A DNA stretch of 64,000 nt from contig NW_021833451.1 in the NCBI RefSeq assembly GCF_006345805.1, forward strand, positions 7,098 to 71,097, written 5' to 3'. The notes below the pieces were generated by a model. The model made no database searches, was not told where the DNA came from, and was given only the letters and a program-made list of their open reading frames with translations. A program made the position numbers and the translations under genes. Below are positions 11,640 to 23,811 of this stretch, in pieces (the stretch's first letter is position 1; every line of letters starts with the position of its first letter). Source of the DNA: Octopus sinensis. Lineage: Eukaryota.

Positions 11640-13073
11640 AATAGGGAACGAAAGGAAGAGAGAAGTAGCCGTCTATAAGAAGATAGATGGCCCACGACTT
11701 GGATTGAAAACCAGTTTATTTTGATAACATGGTCCCTTGAATTTAATTATTGACCTCAAAAATAAATAACGCAAATTTATTGAGATGATTATTACAATAT
11801 TAATTAAACGGTCTAATGGCAAATTGACAGAGAGTACTGCAGTTTTTTGAATCAGTGGCCAAGCCGAGTGTTCCATCAAACCTGACACATATAACATTCC
11901 CGGGGTGTGATATTGAAACTATTTTACAATACACGGAAGTGACGGGAGTGACCAAGTACTTGGCAGATGGAGGAATTGGCATCTCGGGGGACTAGACAGG
12001 GTAATCAACCGAACAGTCACAATCCAGACAACCCCGACTGACATGTCCTCACACACGACAAGGTAATTGAAATTGTTGTGAAATGAATAGGTTTTGTTGT
12101 TTTTTATGACAGTCCAAACATCTGAGGAATTATCATGACTATACTGAAGGCATCCCCTTCGTCTCTTCCATTGGGGGACACTTGTAGTTGACTATTTTGG
12201 ACAACAATCACTTCGAGGAACCTTTCGGTTGTTCGTGAAAGAAGTCGTATTTTGTCGCTGGTTGAAAGATGGTCCTTCCAACGTTATAAATACTATCATT
12301 ACAACAACAAAGTGTCCGGTTCGTAGATTTATTAGTGAACTAAACCAATTTGTAATCTGATCCATCAAATACACCTAAACTCTATTTTAAACTTTTATTA
12401 ACAAATCTAATTTCTAGCTTACAATAACAAAATTACAATCAGGTTTCTACAATTGAAAAATTAATTGTTTTCGGTGTCATGACGGGGCACTCGACGGACA
12501 AAACGACACAAGTTAACAAAAGTATTCATGTACGTTTACTGTCACTATCTAACTCCAAACAACGAGATTATACTGCAGTAAGGCGTTGACTACACTGAAT
12601 TGATCATTTGTTGTCTATATTTTCAGACTAAAGATTTACCAAGAGAATGCCTCCACATATTTATGCACTCGATATGATGAGACCTGTGGGCTGTATTATT
12701 CTCAGTGAATGATTTACTCAATCAATGCCTGGAAGAACTTTTTTAATCAACCCACACTACGATTAATTTCAAATTCTGTTGTGTGATGTAATATACTGAC
12801 ACAGGTAGTACAATCCTACTCTTGTTGAAGACTTTTGGTTATTCACCTCAGTTATTCAAGAATGAGTTTTCTATACCTTTGTATATCATTACAGCTTCTT
12901 AGTTCGAAAACGGGTGAAATCTTTTTTCTATTTTACGTACCATTTCTTATGACCTGACATTGAAGAATGTCGAGTCGTTTACAATCAAATTTATAATATT
13001 CCATAGAATAAAGTCTCGAATGAACGCGTTCACCTAGAATTAACATTTCAGACGGATTGATGAGAGTCGTCAT
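11640..13073 (-). CDS. Probable unidentified multi-exon host gene
   Basis: ATG at 13073 opens MTTLINPSEMLILGERV...; several 23-30-nt GT..AG segments and Cys-rich short frames follow. I could not resolve a single exon path. Confidence 0.3.
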
Positions 13074-13589
13074 TTTTATTATTTGATGACAAATTCACTA
13101 TTAAGTAATTATTTTCAATGTTTCTGATTAGTCATCCATTCATTACTGAGGCACTCTTCTATTTATTTTATTGAAAAAAAGTGTTGTAATGCAATATTTA
13201 CTAAACATTTTAATTTCGCAAGATGATATTTATTATGTCGCGAGCGCAGCGCGCGACCGAGCGCTAGACGCAACTTTGACACCTAACAAGCCTATCATCA
13301 ACAAATATATTTATTAAATTATTTAAAATTTTAACATGATTTAAAATTAAAATTGAAATAACTTAAGTTTTCCATTGAATCCCATAAAATAATTTATAAG
13401 TAGACCTTAATAGAAAAAGTAAAATCAATGAATACTGAACGCTAATTTGGTTTAGGTTGTGAGGGGGGTAATAATTTGACAGATCTCATTGCTATTTTTT
13501 CGTTTTAATCTCTAAAATTAGGTCTTCTAATCAAAAATGAACTGTGCAGACAGGCTTGCTCCTTCAGAAGATTCTTGTTTTGACATTTT
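12621..13589 (+). repeat. About 970-bp direct repeat, copy 1 (copy 2 at 18221-19187)
   Basis: Near-identical from tttcagactaaagattt to gacatttt, with only small indels and substitutions. Confidence 0.95.
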
Positions 13590-14044
13590 CTACCAATTAC
13601 TCCATTTCACCACGCATTATTATTGGATTGCCCGGCAACATCGTGTGAAGTAGAAAGATCATTTTCTATTCTTCACAAAATTTTAACCAAAGATAGAAAT
13701 TTCCTACCTGAAAATGTTAAATATTATTTAATGTTGTGCTTTAATAAATAAATTTCTGTTTCTTAGGGCAACTTTTTATGCATATTATGTCAACTTTTTT
13801 ATTTTTTAAAGCAATTTAGTTGACTTTTAAGGTCAATTTTTACATTTTTAAGAGCAACTTTCCGGTTGCCCTACTTATAAGTAGATTGTTCTAAAACACG
13901 CTTCGGCAAAACGCGGCCCGCCAAGAAATTTTTCCAACTAACATGGCCCGCGGGCAAATTAATATTTATATATAAATTTTATCTATTATTAAAAATTAAA
14001 TAAATTACTAAACGTGTTATAATTCTTTGTGGTAAATTTTATAT

Positions 14045-14460
14045 GACGCTCAAGTGAAAATAATTCTACTGGTTTTGACTTGGGACGGGCTCGTTTCCAA
14101 GTTTTTTAAGAATTACATTGAAATCTTGGCTATCGAAGACGGAATTCAGTCTTATATACAGTCAATTGTGTTGAAAAACCTTGGAGAGTATGATTGTCGA
14201 GTACAGGCACGGGATAAGAGTCACTGAAGAGGAGATAAATTCAGCCAGTAGCCTCTTAATTGAGGCAAGTCATTCGTACGAAGATGATATGTTGAATGAG
14301 TGAAAAAGAGTCGTAACTAACTTGGAGATAGAGGAGCATGGAGATTTGTTAGTTACTTCCTCTTCTAAAAAAAGGAGATTAACCTCCAGCGGACAACGGT
14401 CAGATTAACATAAGTTAAATAATATTAACTTAATTAATCTATGTATGTTTTAAATTTTAT
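14045..14460 (+). mobile_element. R4/Dong-like RLE 3' fragment (duplicate at about 33990-34410)
   Basis: KIILLVLTWDGLVSKFFKNYIEIL...YIQSIV, homologous to 11.1-11.3 kb. Confidence 0.7.
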
Positions 14461-14548
14461 TAAAATAATACTAAATTTAGTTAAAATATGCAAGCGTTCC
14501 ATGAATTTTTTGCCCTACTGTTTTTACAGATAAAATCAAAAAAAATAA

Positions 14549-15416
14549 TTATATAAATTTATAAACAAAGTCTACTCTCATAAAAACAGCAGGAAATTTA
14601 TTCCCCTTATTTGAACTGACTTTCTTAGCCTCCTCACTCGAATCAAAAATACAAGAATACGCCTCATCGTTAGCCTTACAGTAAACAAATATCCACCAAC
14701 CAATTCTTCCCCCATCTTTCTGAATAAATGATGACTTGATAACAGATCATTCATCCACTGGTAGAGTTCTTCGACATCCGTGATAGTATAAAGAATTCCC
14801 TACCACTAAATAACCCATATCTAACCCCCACAGCCATAAGATAGGCCAGGTCGTCCACTGTACTAGAATTAACCAGTCTCCATTTATGCTTTGATTTTTT
14901 AAACTGAGGGTCTGGAAAGAGGATGAAAACTCGCTCCAACTAAATTAATAGATTTTTATACCCAAAACCTGGCCTTTTGAAAAATAGTTAACTAGATATT
15001 TCATGGCATTGGTTCTTATGCAGGCAATGTTTGACAATTCTCCTTCCTCTGCTTTCTGGACCCTCAGTGCTTCTATTTTCTGTCTGACAAAAGTTGAAAC
15101 TTTTGCGTATTTCCATTCCGATTATTAATTTATCGGGAAAAATATTTGAGAGTTTAACTATTGATTATTTATAAATATATTTATTACAGAGAAGGCCTCC
15201 AAAACCACAGCCTATGTCTACTATTTTGATTGAACTGCTCTCATTACAAGGTAGAGAGAGAGAACTGTATAGTGGTCTCCAATTCCATTCTGATGGTCTT
15301 ATCGGACTATTTTAAGTTAAATGGGTAAAGTACATTTCAAAGTTGTCGTCCGACATTGGATTGCAGTGAGCCCTCTGACGGAAAAATTTTTTTTGAGGAA
15401 GTTTAACGTGGACCAT
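14549..15416 (-). CDS. METTL1: tRNA (guanine-N7)-methyltransferase, copy 1, with a 2-nt deletion in an A-run near 15100
   Basis: [67 protein letters not shown]; five 26-30-nt introns. Reads cgcaaaagtt where copy 2 reads cgcaaaaaagtt. Confidence 0.88.
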
Positions 15417-15519
15417 CACTAAATAAAATTAAAATATTTTAACAATTAATTTAAAGAAAATAATATTTTGGTTTAAATTAACCAATTAACCAAGAATTAG
15501 AATAGAATAGACTGCCTAT

Positions 15520-16310
15520 CGGGGTTTGTGGAACTTAGAAGGGGAGTCCCGCAGGGTTCTATCTTGAGTCCACTTCTGTTCAACCTCTTCTTGGCGGACA
15601 TTCCTCTGCCGTCGATACGTACTGGCAAGCTCGTCATCTATGCTGACGATATCCTGGTCATGGATACCTCGAAAAGGATATCGCAGTCTTGGAGACGACT
15701 TAAATCATACATTGCAACGCTAAAGATGTGAACTATAGAGAAGGGTTTGATCCTAGCACCGGAGAAGAGCACCATTTCATGGTTGCGGAGAGGGAGTCGC
15801 TATGCGGAGTCGTGTGCATATGCCATGAGTAGTTATGTGATGGATCTCTCAAAAAGCAAAAATCTTTCTTACCTGGGAGCAACCATCAACTGTCGTAGCT
15901 TGTACGCAGATCATATAGCAAATCAGAGAAAGAGGAGTGTGAGGATCCTCAAAAGCTTAACCAGGTTCCATCTAGATCCGGAAACGTACATCTACGTATA
16001 CAAAACGTGTGTCCAGCCAGTCCTCACATATGGCTACGAGGGCTGGTACGGTACGGAGAGAGTGACTACCTGATCGAACAGTTGGAAAAGACAAGACGTT
16101 TCGCTATAAAATTGGCTTACGGAGTACAACTTGACGGAAGGTTAAAAGACTCACAAGAATCCTCTGTGTCCACGATCCGGATGGTCTTGGAGAATTGTTG
16201 TCAACTATGACTACAATTGGGGATACGCATGGAAAGAGACACTTCGGTGCCTGTTTTTATCTCCCCGTTAATGATTTCTTCCTTGTTTTTCTTTTCGGTC
16301 AATAAATACT
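15520..16310 (+). mobile_element. I/Jockey-group LINE RT 3' fragment (duplicate at about 35468-36260)
   Basis: GVPQGSILSPLLFNLFLAD...IYADD, YLGATI, YKTCVQPVLTYG; frameshifted. Confidence 0.85.
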
Positions 16311-16339
16311 ATTCTAAATTAATTTTCTAATTTTCCAAT

Positions 16340-18020
16340 GATCGGCTATATTTTCAAAGTAATTAAATATTCTAACAAATATTGTTCAAAAAAACATGGA
16401 TTGATTGAAAAAGACCCCACTGAGATAGACTTGTTCTACTCTTGCCTGTCTGAATCTTATTCTGAACTTGTTTACTCGTCAATAACTATCATTGCCTGCG
16501 ACATTAACGCCAAATTGGGATTACGAAGAAGCCTGGGTAAAACCTTCATGGGAAAACACGGGAGGGGAATAAGGAACGTGGCAGGAATATTACTCGCCGA
16601 TTTTTGTCAGGTAAATTTTGCCGATTTTTGTCGGTCTATTCTTTTGCAACACTGCATTCATGCACCCCGCAAGACACAAAACTACTTGGATAAATGACAA
16701 AAATTGAAGACGAATTGCAGATTCCGCAGAATTAGCAGAACTAATCGCCGGCCACTTCGAGAAACTGTTTAGATTTAACAGCAAAGGAATTGATGGATAT
16801 ACCGAGCATCCCAGGAAATTGGAGTTGGAAATAACTCCTGCAGAAGTGCAAAGAGCATGTGCTAAACTCAAAAACAAAAAGCCCAGGACCAGACGACTAG
16901 GACCAGAGCTACTCAAGTATGGAAGTGAAAAACTAAATGTCCTCATTGCGGACCTCTTCGACGGAATGTTTAAAACAAAAACCATTTACCTCTTGGACAA
17001 GGGATACTGGTCTCTGTCCAAAACCAAACAAAGCTAAGGGAAAAGTGGAGAATCTGAGGCCAGTAATTCTTATGAATAGCATACGGAAAGTTCTTGCAAT
17101 CATTACGCTAGAAAGAATAAAACCTCGCACCGAACTATTATATCCGCTTTCACAGCGGATTTCGGGAAGAAAGATCGACTTCTGACATCGTGTGGACTTA
17201 TAGATGGCATTGTTCCACCATTCAAAGGTTTAAAAATGCGACATACATTCTCGGCATATATATCTCAAGAGCTTTTGACTCGATTAATCGTCAGAAATTA
17301 ATGAAAGTTCTTTGCAGGATTTCTTGATGAATCTTCTATTCTGATGATCAGGGCACTCTTATCAGAAACCTATCTATCGGTCAGGGTACGAGACAAGTGC
17401 TCTAAACCATTTGAAACAACATCTGGAACACCTCAAGGGGATCCGTTATCTCCTATACTGTTTGTTATATATCTGGAAGCTGCATTGAGAGAACTAAAAC
17501 CATACTATGAAAGAAAGATCAATTTGTGGAATACGCAGATGACGTGGATTTTATTTCTTCCGACAGGGACCCTCTGGAAAGCCTACTGGAGGTGATGCTA
17601 GATAGACTTGCTGAGTGGTTCCTCAATGTAAATGTGGAAAAAACAAAATTTACTGAACTAGCAAGACAGAAGTCTAAGCTGGACAAACATTGGAGAAAAG
17701 TAAGAAACTCGGATCTCTATTGGGTGACGAACAATACGTGATTATGCGAAAAAAACATGCAAACAGTGCACTACGCAGCTTAAAGGAAAATTGGCTAAAA
17801 CGCAAAGGACTCGGCACAAAAACACGGATACGACTATACAATTCATTAGTGAAGCCTATACTCTTATAACGCCGGAACTTGGGGACTTTCCGCTACAGAC
17901 AATGAAAACCTAGACTCTTTCCATAGAGATCACCTCCGACGTACTCTAGCCTTTAAGTGGCATTCAAGGCTGAGTAGCAGAACACTATATGCCAGAACAT
18001 CAAGCAAACCAATCTTGGTC
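16340..18020 (+). mobile_element. RTE-clade LINE fragment, APE end plus RT (duplicate at about 36290-37985)
   Basis: CDINAKLG..GKHGRGIRN, KSPGPDGL, NLRPVILMN, TPQGDPLSPILF, YADD, LYNSLVKPILL. Confidence 0.85.
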
Positions 18021-18222
18021 GAAATATCGAATTTCTTCTAAAGTTAAGCTCCCAAGAACTTCTTTGCTTATCAAACTCACCCTTCTCCTTTTTGGAGACA
18101 TTGAACCAAATCCTGGCCCCAGCAAGAAGAACCTATTACGTATCTTGCAGATCAATATCAATGGAATTGCTCAGAAGACTGCTGAACTTTATTCCTTCCT
18201 GGAGAAGCATGACGTGGACATT
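18020..18222 (+). mobile_element. 5' end of the 2A-bearing I-group LINE, cut at the duplication junction
   Basis: LLLFGDIEPNPGP followed by LRILQININGI...HDVDI. Confidence 0.8.
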
Positions 18223-19187
18223 TCAGACTAAAGATTTAACCAAGAGAATGCCTCCACATATTTATGCACTCGATATGATGAGACCTGTGGGCTGTATTAT
18301 TCTCAGTGAATGATCTACTCAATCAATGCCTGGAAGAACTTTTTTAATCAACCCACACTACGATTAATTTCAAATTCTGTTGTGTGATGTAAATACTGAC
18401 ACAGGTAGTACAATCCTACTCTTGTTGAAGACTTTTGGTTATTCACCTCAGTTATTCAAGAATGAGTTTTCTATTACCTTTGTATATCATTACAGCTTCT
18501 TAGTTCGAAAACGGGTGAAATCTTTTTTCTATTTTACGTACCATTTCTTATGACCTGACATTGAAGAATGTCGAGTCGTTTACAATCAAATTTATAATAT
18601 TCCATAGAATAAAGTCTCGAATGAACGCGTTCACCTAGAATTAACATTTCAGACGGATTGATGAGAGTCGTCATTTTTATTTATTTGATGACAAATTCAC
18701 TATTAAGTAATTATTTTCAATGTTTCTGATTAGTCATCCATTCATTACTGAGGCACTCTTCTATTTATTTTATTGAAAAAAAGTGTTGTAATGCAATATT
18801 TACTAAACATTTTAATTTCGCAAGATGATATTTATTATGTCGCGAGCAGCGCGCGACCGAGCGCTAGACGCAACTTTGACACCTAACAAGCCTATCATCA
18901 ACAAAATATTTATTAAATTATTTAAAATTTTAACATGATTTAAAATTAAAATTGAAATAACTTAAGTTTTCCATTGAATCCCATAAAATAATTTATAAGT
19001 AGACCTTAATAGAAAAAGTAAAATCAATGAATACTGAACGCTAATTTGGTTTAGGTTGTGAGGGGGGTAATAATTTGACAGATCTCATTGCTATTTTTTC
19101 GTTTTAATCTCTAAAATTAGGTCTTCTAATCAAAAATGAACTGTGCAGACAGGCTTGCTCCTTCAGAAGATTCTTTTTTGACATTTT
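18221..19187 (+). repeat. About 970-bp direct repeat, copy 2
   Basis: Matches 12621-13589. Confidence 0.95.
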
Positions 19188-19441
19188 TATAAATTATGAA
19201 GCATTTAGATTTTTTCTCATTATTCTAAAATATCAATTATAAATTTTAAAATATTATTTTTATTTATGAAATCGGTTTTAAAGCTCATTCTGCTTTGGCA
19301 TCGATTTTAATTTTTGTTATCGAATATATTTAATCCCAAGTACAAGCATGGGTATTTGTCAATTTATAGATTTTTTGATTGATCGGATCTAGAAATTGAG
19401 TGGTCGCTCGCTGCGCTCGGTCGCTCGCTGCGCTCGCGACA
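18838..19441. mobile_element. 604-bp MITE-like element with about 29-bp GC-rich TIRs and TA flanks
   Basis: Left TA|tgtcgcgagc(gc)agcgcgcgaccgagcgc; the right end is its reverse complement, ending cgcgaca|TA at 19441. Interior is non-coding and AT-rich. A second left end lies at 13236. Confidence 0.65.
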
Positions 19442-19479
19442 TATTACATTCTTTCAAGTAATACAATAAAGATTATAAA

Positions 19480-19660
19480 TTACTGTAATTTACTAGAAGT
19501 TAACAAAGCCATCTATCCGAAGTGGACCCCGCCAACATAATTGACAATGCGTTGCCTCTCAAGATAGCAACGGAGATCAACTGGAGAAGCCACCGGGTCT
19601 CACGTGTGTCGTGGCTTTTTAATGTGGCTAAGCGTCCAAGCTTCTTTAGGAAGCGATTAA
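19480..19660 (-). mobile_element. CRE-clade 3' fragment
   Basis: KLGRLATLKSHDTRETRWLLQLISVAILRGNALSI. Confidence 0.75.
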
Positions 19661-21163
19661 TTAACTTTCTTTTTCCATAGCGAGAAAAGTTTACTCTCAT
19701 AATTCTTTCTAGGTTATTTTGTGCCACTTTTGTTCGAACTGTTTCGTTCATCGACGGAAATTATAAAATCTAGCCGTCTCTGATGATTTTCCTATTTCGT
19801 CAAATGCGTTATAAAATTTGTATTCTATATTCACGCTTTCTAATGTTTTTTCTAACCAATTGTCCTAATATACACTTTTTAAGGAGGTCCACATACTTGT
19901 TGAAAAATGAAACAATCCCATCCCTGAGTATTAGTACAATGTTTACCTCTGGCTCGTGAAGTATGTGTACTTCTAGAATGCCATATTTGTGCAGTGTTAA
20001 TGAGCTGCTGTGAATTTTCGAAGCGTCAATGGCACTTCAATGTTAAGAGGAGATGATTAAAAAAAACTAGTGAAAAACCCTGTGTAGGCATATTTCGCCT
20101 AGTTTGACCCCATTAGTTTATATATTGAAGGTATATTCCTTTGACTTATTGAACTTTTTGTCTCAAATTATGAAGTTGTATATTCGTAAGTTATCCTATT
20201 ATGAAGATTGACTTGTCGTATAAACTAGTCAGTGAGTAAGTGTGTTGGTCACTATGGCATGAAATATATTTAGGGCAGATTTGAGCAATCCAATATAATT
20301 AAGAATCCTATGAATTTCAAACTACTCGAGTGGGAGTATTAATGATAATGAACATAGCCTATATGAATTTGAAGTACCAAATATATTGAATTCACTAATT
20401 TACAAACTGAAAAGTAAGAGTCAACTAGGTTGATTTATACGAATATTAATTCATCGTTTTGTGGAACAACTATCATTAATTTTAATCAATAATCACGCTA
20501 CCTGTGTATTTAACCTTATTTAGCCCAACCACATAAAGCCAGACTCCGAATTGTATTGGTTTCCTCGATGAAGAGAGTAATTTCTGTGGCCACCTAGTCC
20601 TAACTATGAGTGATTTCTGTGGTAACAATCACTTCAATAAAGGATGCCTAATATGTGCAAGTAATTTAGTGTCACTATATGACCAGACTAAACGGCATTG
20701 ATTACGAGGGTCGCTGTAAGAGAATTGTCAACGCTTCCACGTTTTATAAGACTGAGCTTCATCAGCCTCGGATGATCTCACTGGTTTTGTTCATCCATTC
20801 ATGTATATACAAACTCCATCGATTGACCTTCCAGTTCTAAAATTCAGTCTTGAAAGAATTTTAAAGAGTATGAATAGACATTCAATCTCAGAGAATTAGT
20901 CAGGTTAGATTACAAAACTTGAAAGGACTAATCATCTATCAAACATACGACTGTCCCAAACTATAGCCAAATACTACTGAGTACATCACCACACAAACAG
21001 TGACCAACCTGGATAATCTGTCCGAAGTACCCCCAGTCAACAGGGAAAAATTATCGAATGCCCACTGCTCTTTGTGTCAAAACACGTGAGTACATCATTT
21101 TAAAACAGTAAGCAGATAAGTTACCCCAGCTAATGTCATTCCTTCAATGACAAGACTCTACAG

Positions 21164-23200
21164 CAGGCCTGGCCAACCCAAATCGCATCGCGGGCCACTT
21201 TGTCCAAATGAATCCTTTCCGCGGGCCGCATATACATGTACATACTAAGGATAGATATCAAAACAACACAGATAAGATTTTATTTAGTAAAATAGCATTC
21301 AGTCCAATTATACGTATCAATGAGAAATCTGTTTTCTTTATCTTCACTTAATTTTTTCAAATCAACTTCACAATTACTAGTTGCACATCTTAATTGGTTT
21401 TCTAAGTTTTTATCTGTTAAAGAAGATCTATATCTACTTTTACTAAACTTTAATTTCGAAAAGAATGATTCACATACGTAAGTAGATCCAAAGGAGCTTA
21501 CAACTCTTTGTGCAAAAATTCTTAAGTTGGGATATTTTTCTGCAGTCACATATTTGTTATAAAAGTCAATTTGGATATAGTAGGATAAACAAGTCTTAGT
21601 TCACTGTTGCACTGTAGGTCAATTATTTCCGTCTGCAAAGTATTTGAAACAATAGAAACGTCAACATGAAATGGAGAAGAAAATGTTTCAAACATTTTCT
21701 CATATTTTTTTAGTTCCGAGAATCGACTGTCAAATGCTGCAGCAAGATTTTTTATTTCATCAGCGTACTTGAAGAAATTTTACAATGGCTGATTTTAAAT
21801 TGATTAGCGTTGGAAAATGTTGATCATTTCCATTTCTTATTTGACATTCAAACAATGACAATTTCATTCGAAATGCTTTGACTTGATGGCATGCATTAGT
21901 AATCAAATTATCCTGTCCTTGTAACTCCTTGTTTAATTGATTAATTTTTTCGGTTATATCTACCAAAAAGCACAGATCTAGCATCCATTCTTCATCATTT
22001 AATTCAGTTAATGTCATTTTCTTATGCATCATAAAACTTTTGATTTCTTCTCTCAAGTCGAAAAAACGTTTTAAACATTTTCCGCGACTCAGCCATCTGA
22101 CATTGGAAAAATACACAAGATCACCATAGTGAGAATATAACTCGTTCAATAATTCTTTAAACTGGCGATGTTGAAGTGCATGAGAACGAATGAAGTTTAT
22201 AGTTCTTACAACCACACTCATAACATGGTTCATAGACAACACTTGCGCGCACAAATTGTGTTGATGTATCAAGCAGTGTATTACAAATAAATCATTTTTT
22301 ATGCTTCTTGACTCCATCTCATCCATTATTAGCTTTACAACTCCTTTATTTCTTCCAATCATAGCCGGCGCCCCATCTGTTGTCAATCCAGCAAGGGTCT
22401 CTAAATTCGCTCCATTGTCGGATAAACATTTCATAACAGCTTGGAAAATATCTTCGCCCTTTGTAGTATCTTTCAAACTGACAAGGTTAAGCATTTCTTG
22501 TTTCACTTGAAAAGATTCGGTAACTCCACGAATATATACTACAAGTTGAGACGTGTCTGATATATCCGTGCATTCGTCAAAGGCCAAAGAATAACTTTTG
22601 AAATATTTTATTTGATCACGCAAAGTCACCACAATTTCATTTGAAATGTCATTAACCCTGCGACATATGGTTTGACGTGACAAGCTAATGTTTGAAAACT
22701 TTTTAGTTTTATCTGGCAAAATGTCTTTCACGACAGCATCCAAACACTCTTTTACGAATTCTCCATCCGAAAATGATTTCATTCTCTTTGAAATTATCAT
22801 TGCAACAGAGTAGCTTGCTTTAACAGTATCAGAAGAAGAGTGTATCGATGAATTTAATAGTCTTTGCTGATTTCTCAATTCAGATTTAAGCGAATCCAGT
22901 TTCCTTGTTTTCAATTCCTTACTAAATTTCGCGTATTCGGAATGCTTTGTTTCATAATGTCTTCTTACATTGTACTCTTTCACCACCGATACTTTCTCCT
23001 TGCAAATTAAACATGTTGGCTTGGAATTATGCATTATAAAAAAGTAATCTTCTTCCCAATGATTGCTGAATTGCCTGTTTTCTTCAAAAATTTTCCTTTT
23101 CTTCATATTGATAACAGCTACAAAAATAGATAAACTTTAAAATTTATTAAACTTATAAAATTTATCTTTATTTATTAAACTTAAGAAAAATTCTGTAGAG
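21164..23200 (-). mobile_element. hAT (Buster/SPIN, GTF2IRD2-like) transposon with near-complete transposase at about 21320-23106
   Basis: CLICKEKVSVVKEYNVRRHYETKH, LAFDECTD, TTDGAPAM, HCLIHQ, VRWLSRG, FGSTYVCESFFS. Left TIR caggcctggcc follows NTCTANAN-like ctctacag. Right TIR is missing and the ORF is broken near 21760. Confidence 0.92.
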
Positions 23201-23811
23201 TCTACAGAATAGAGCAGTGGTCATAATTTGGCATTTCTAACAAACCAGTGTGGGATATTAAAGACCAACATTTATAAGGATTTAGAAACAATCCCCAATT
23301 AGAAAATATGTCCTACAAATACGAAAACACATTATAATGAAATGAATCAATTAAATTGTGGCCGGGAAGACCATCTAAACATAGAAAAACACTGCCTAAC
23401 CACATAGTCAACTTAATACAATTTAATAAATAATTCAAAAGAGATCTCTAGGTTGAGAGTATACGTGGTAATCCTGAGGGTCTTATGACTAATATGTTGC
23501 TTCTCACAATGAATGACAAACTACGATTGTGATCTTCAAATTGAATTTAAATCAAGTCCAAGATTCTGAAATATTCTAACAAAATGCTCAGAGATTCGAT
23601 AGACTAAACTAAAAAAACCTCAATTATTCATTATTTGATGCATTTTTCTGCTTGTCCTGCATTTTTTGGTGATCACCGAGTCTCTCCTGGTATGACAGAC
23701 CTTCGTTGCCACTGTGCTGATCCGTCTTTCGAGTTTATTGCCGGATTTCTTAAAATTATTTGCGCGGCACAGTTTTCACTTATTTCCCCTTAAAATAATG
23801 GCACACAAGAC

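Larger units (their letters stand above)
13590..18222 (+). repeat. Segmental duplication, derived copy of 33534-38177
   Basis: Colinear and near-identical: hAT 3' end, R4 fragment, METTL1, Jockey-like RT, RTE RT and 2A-APE start. Confidence 0.95.

Noticed and set aside
11816-12335. Long + frame seemingly interrupted only by TGA (selenoprotein or mitochondrial-code idea)
   Set aside because: Recounting the G-run at 11986-11990 puts a TAG in frame, so the frame is not continuous.
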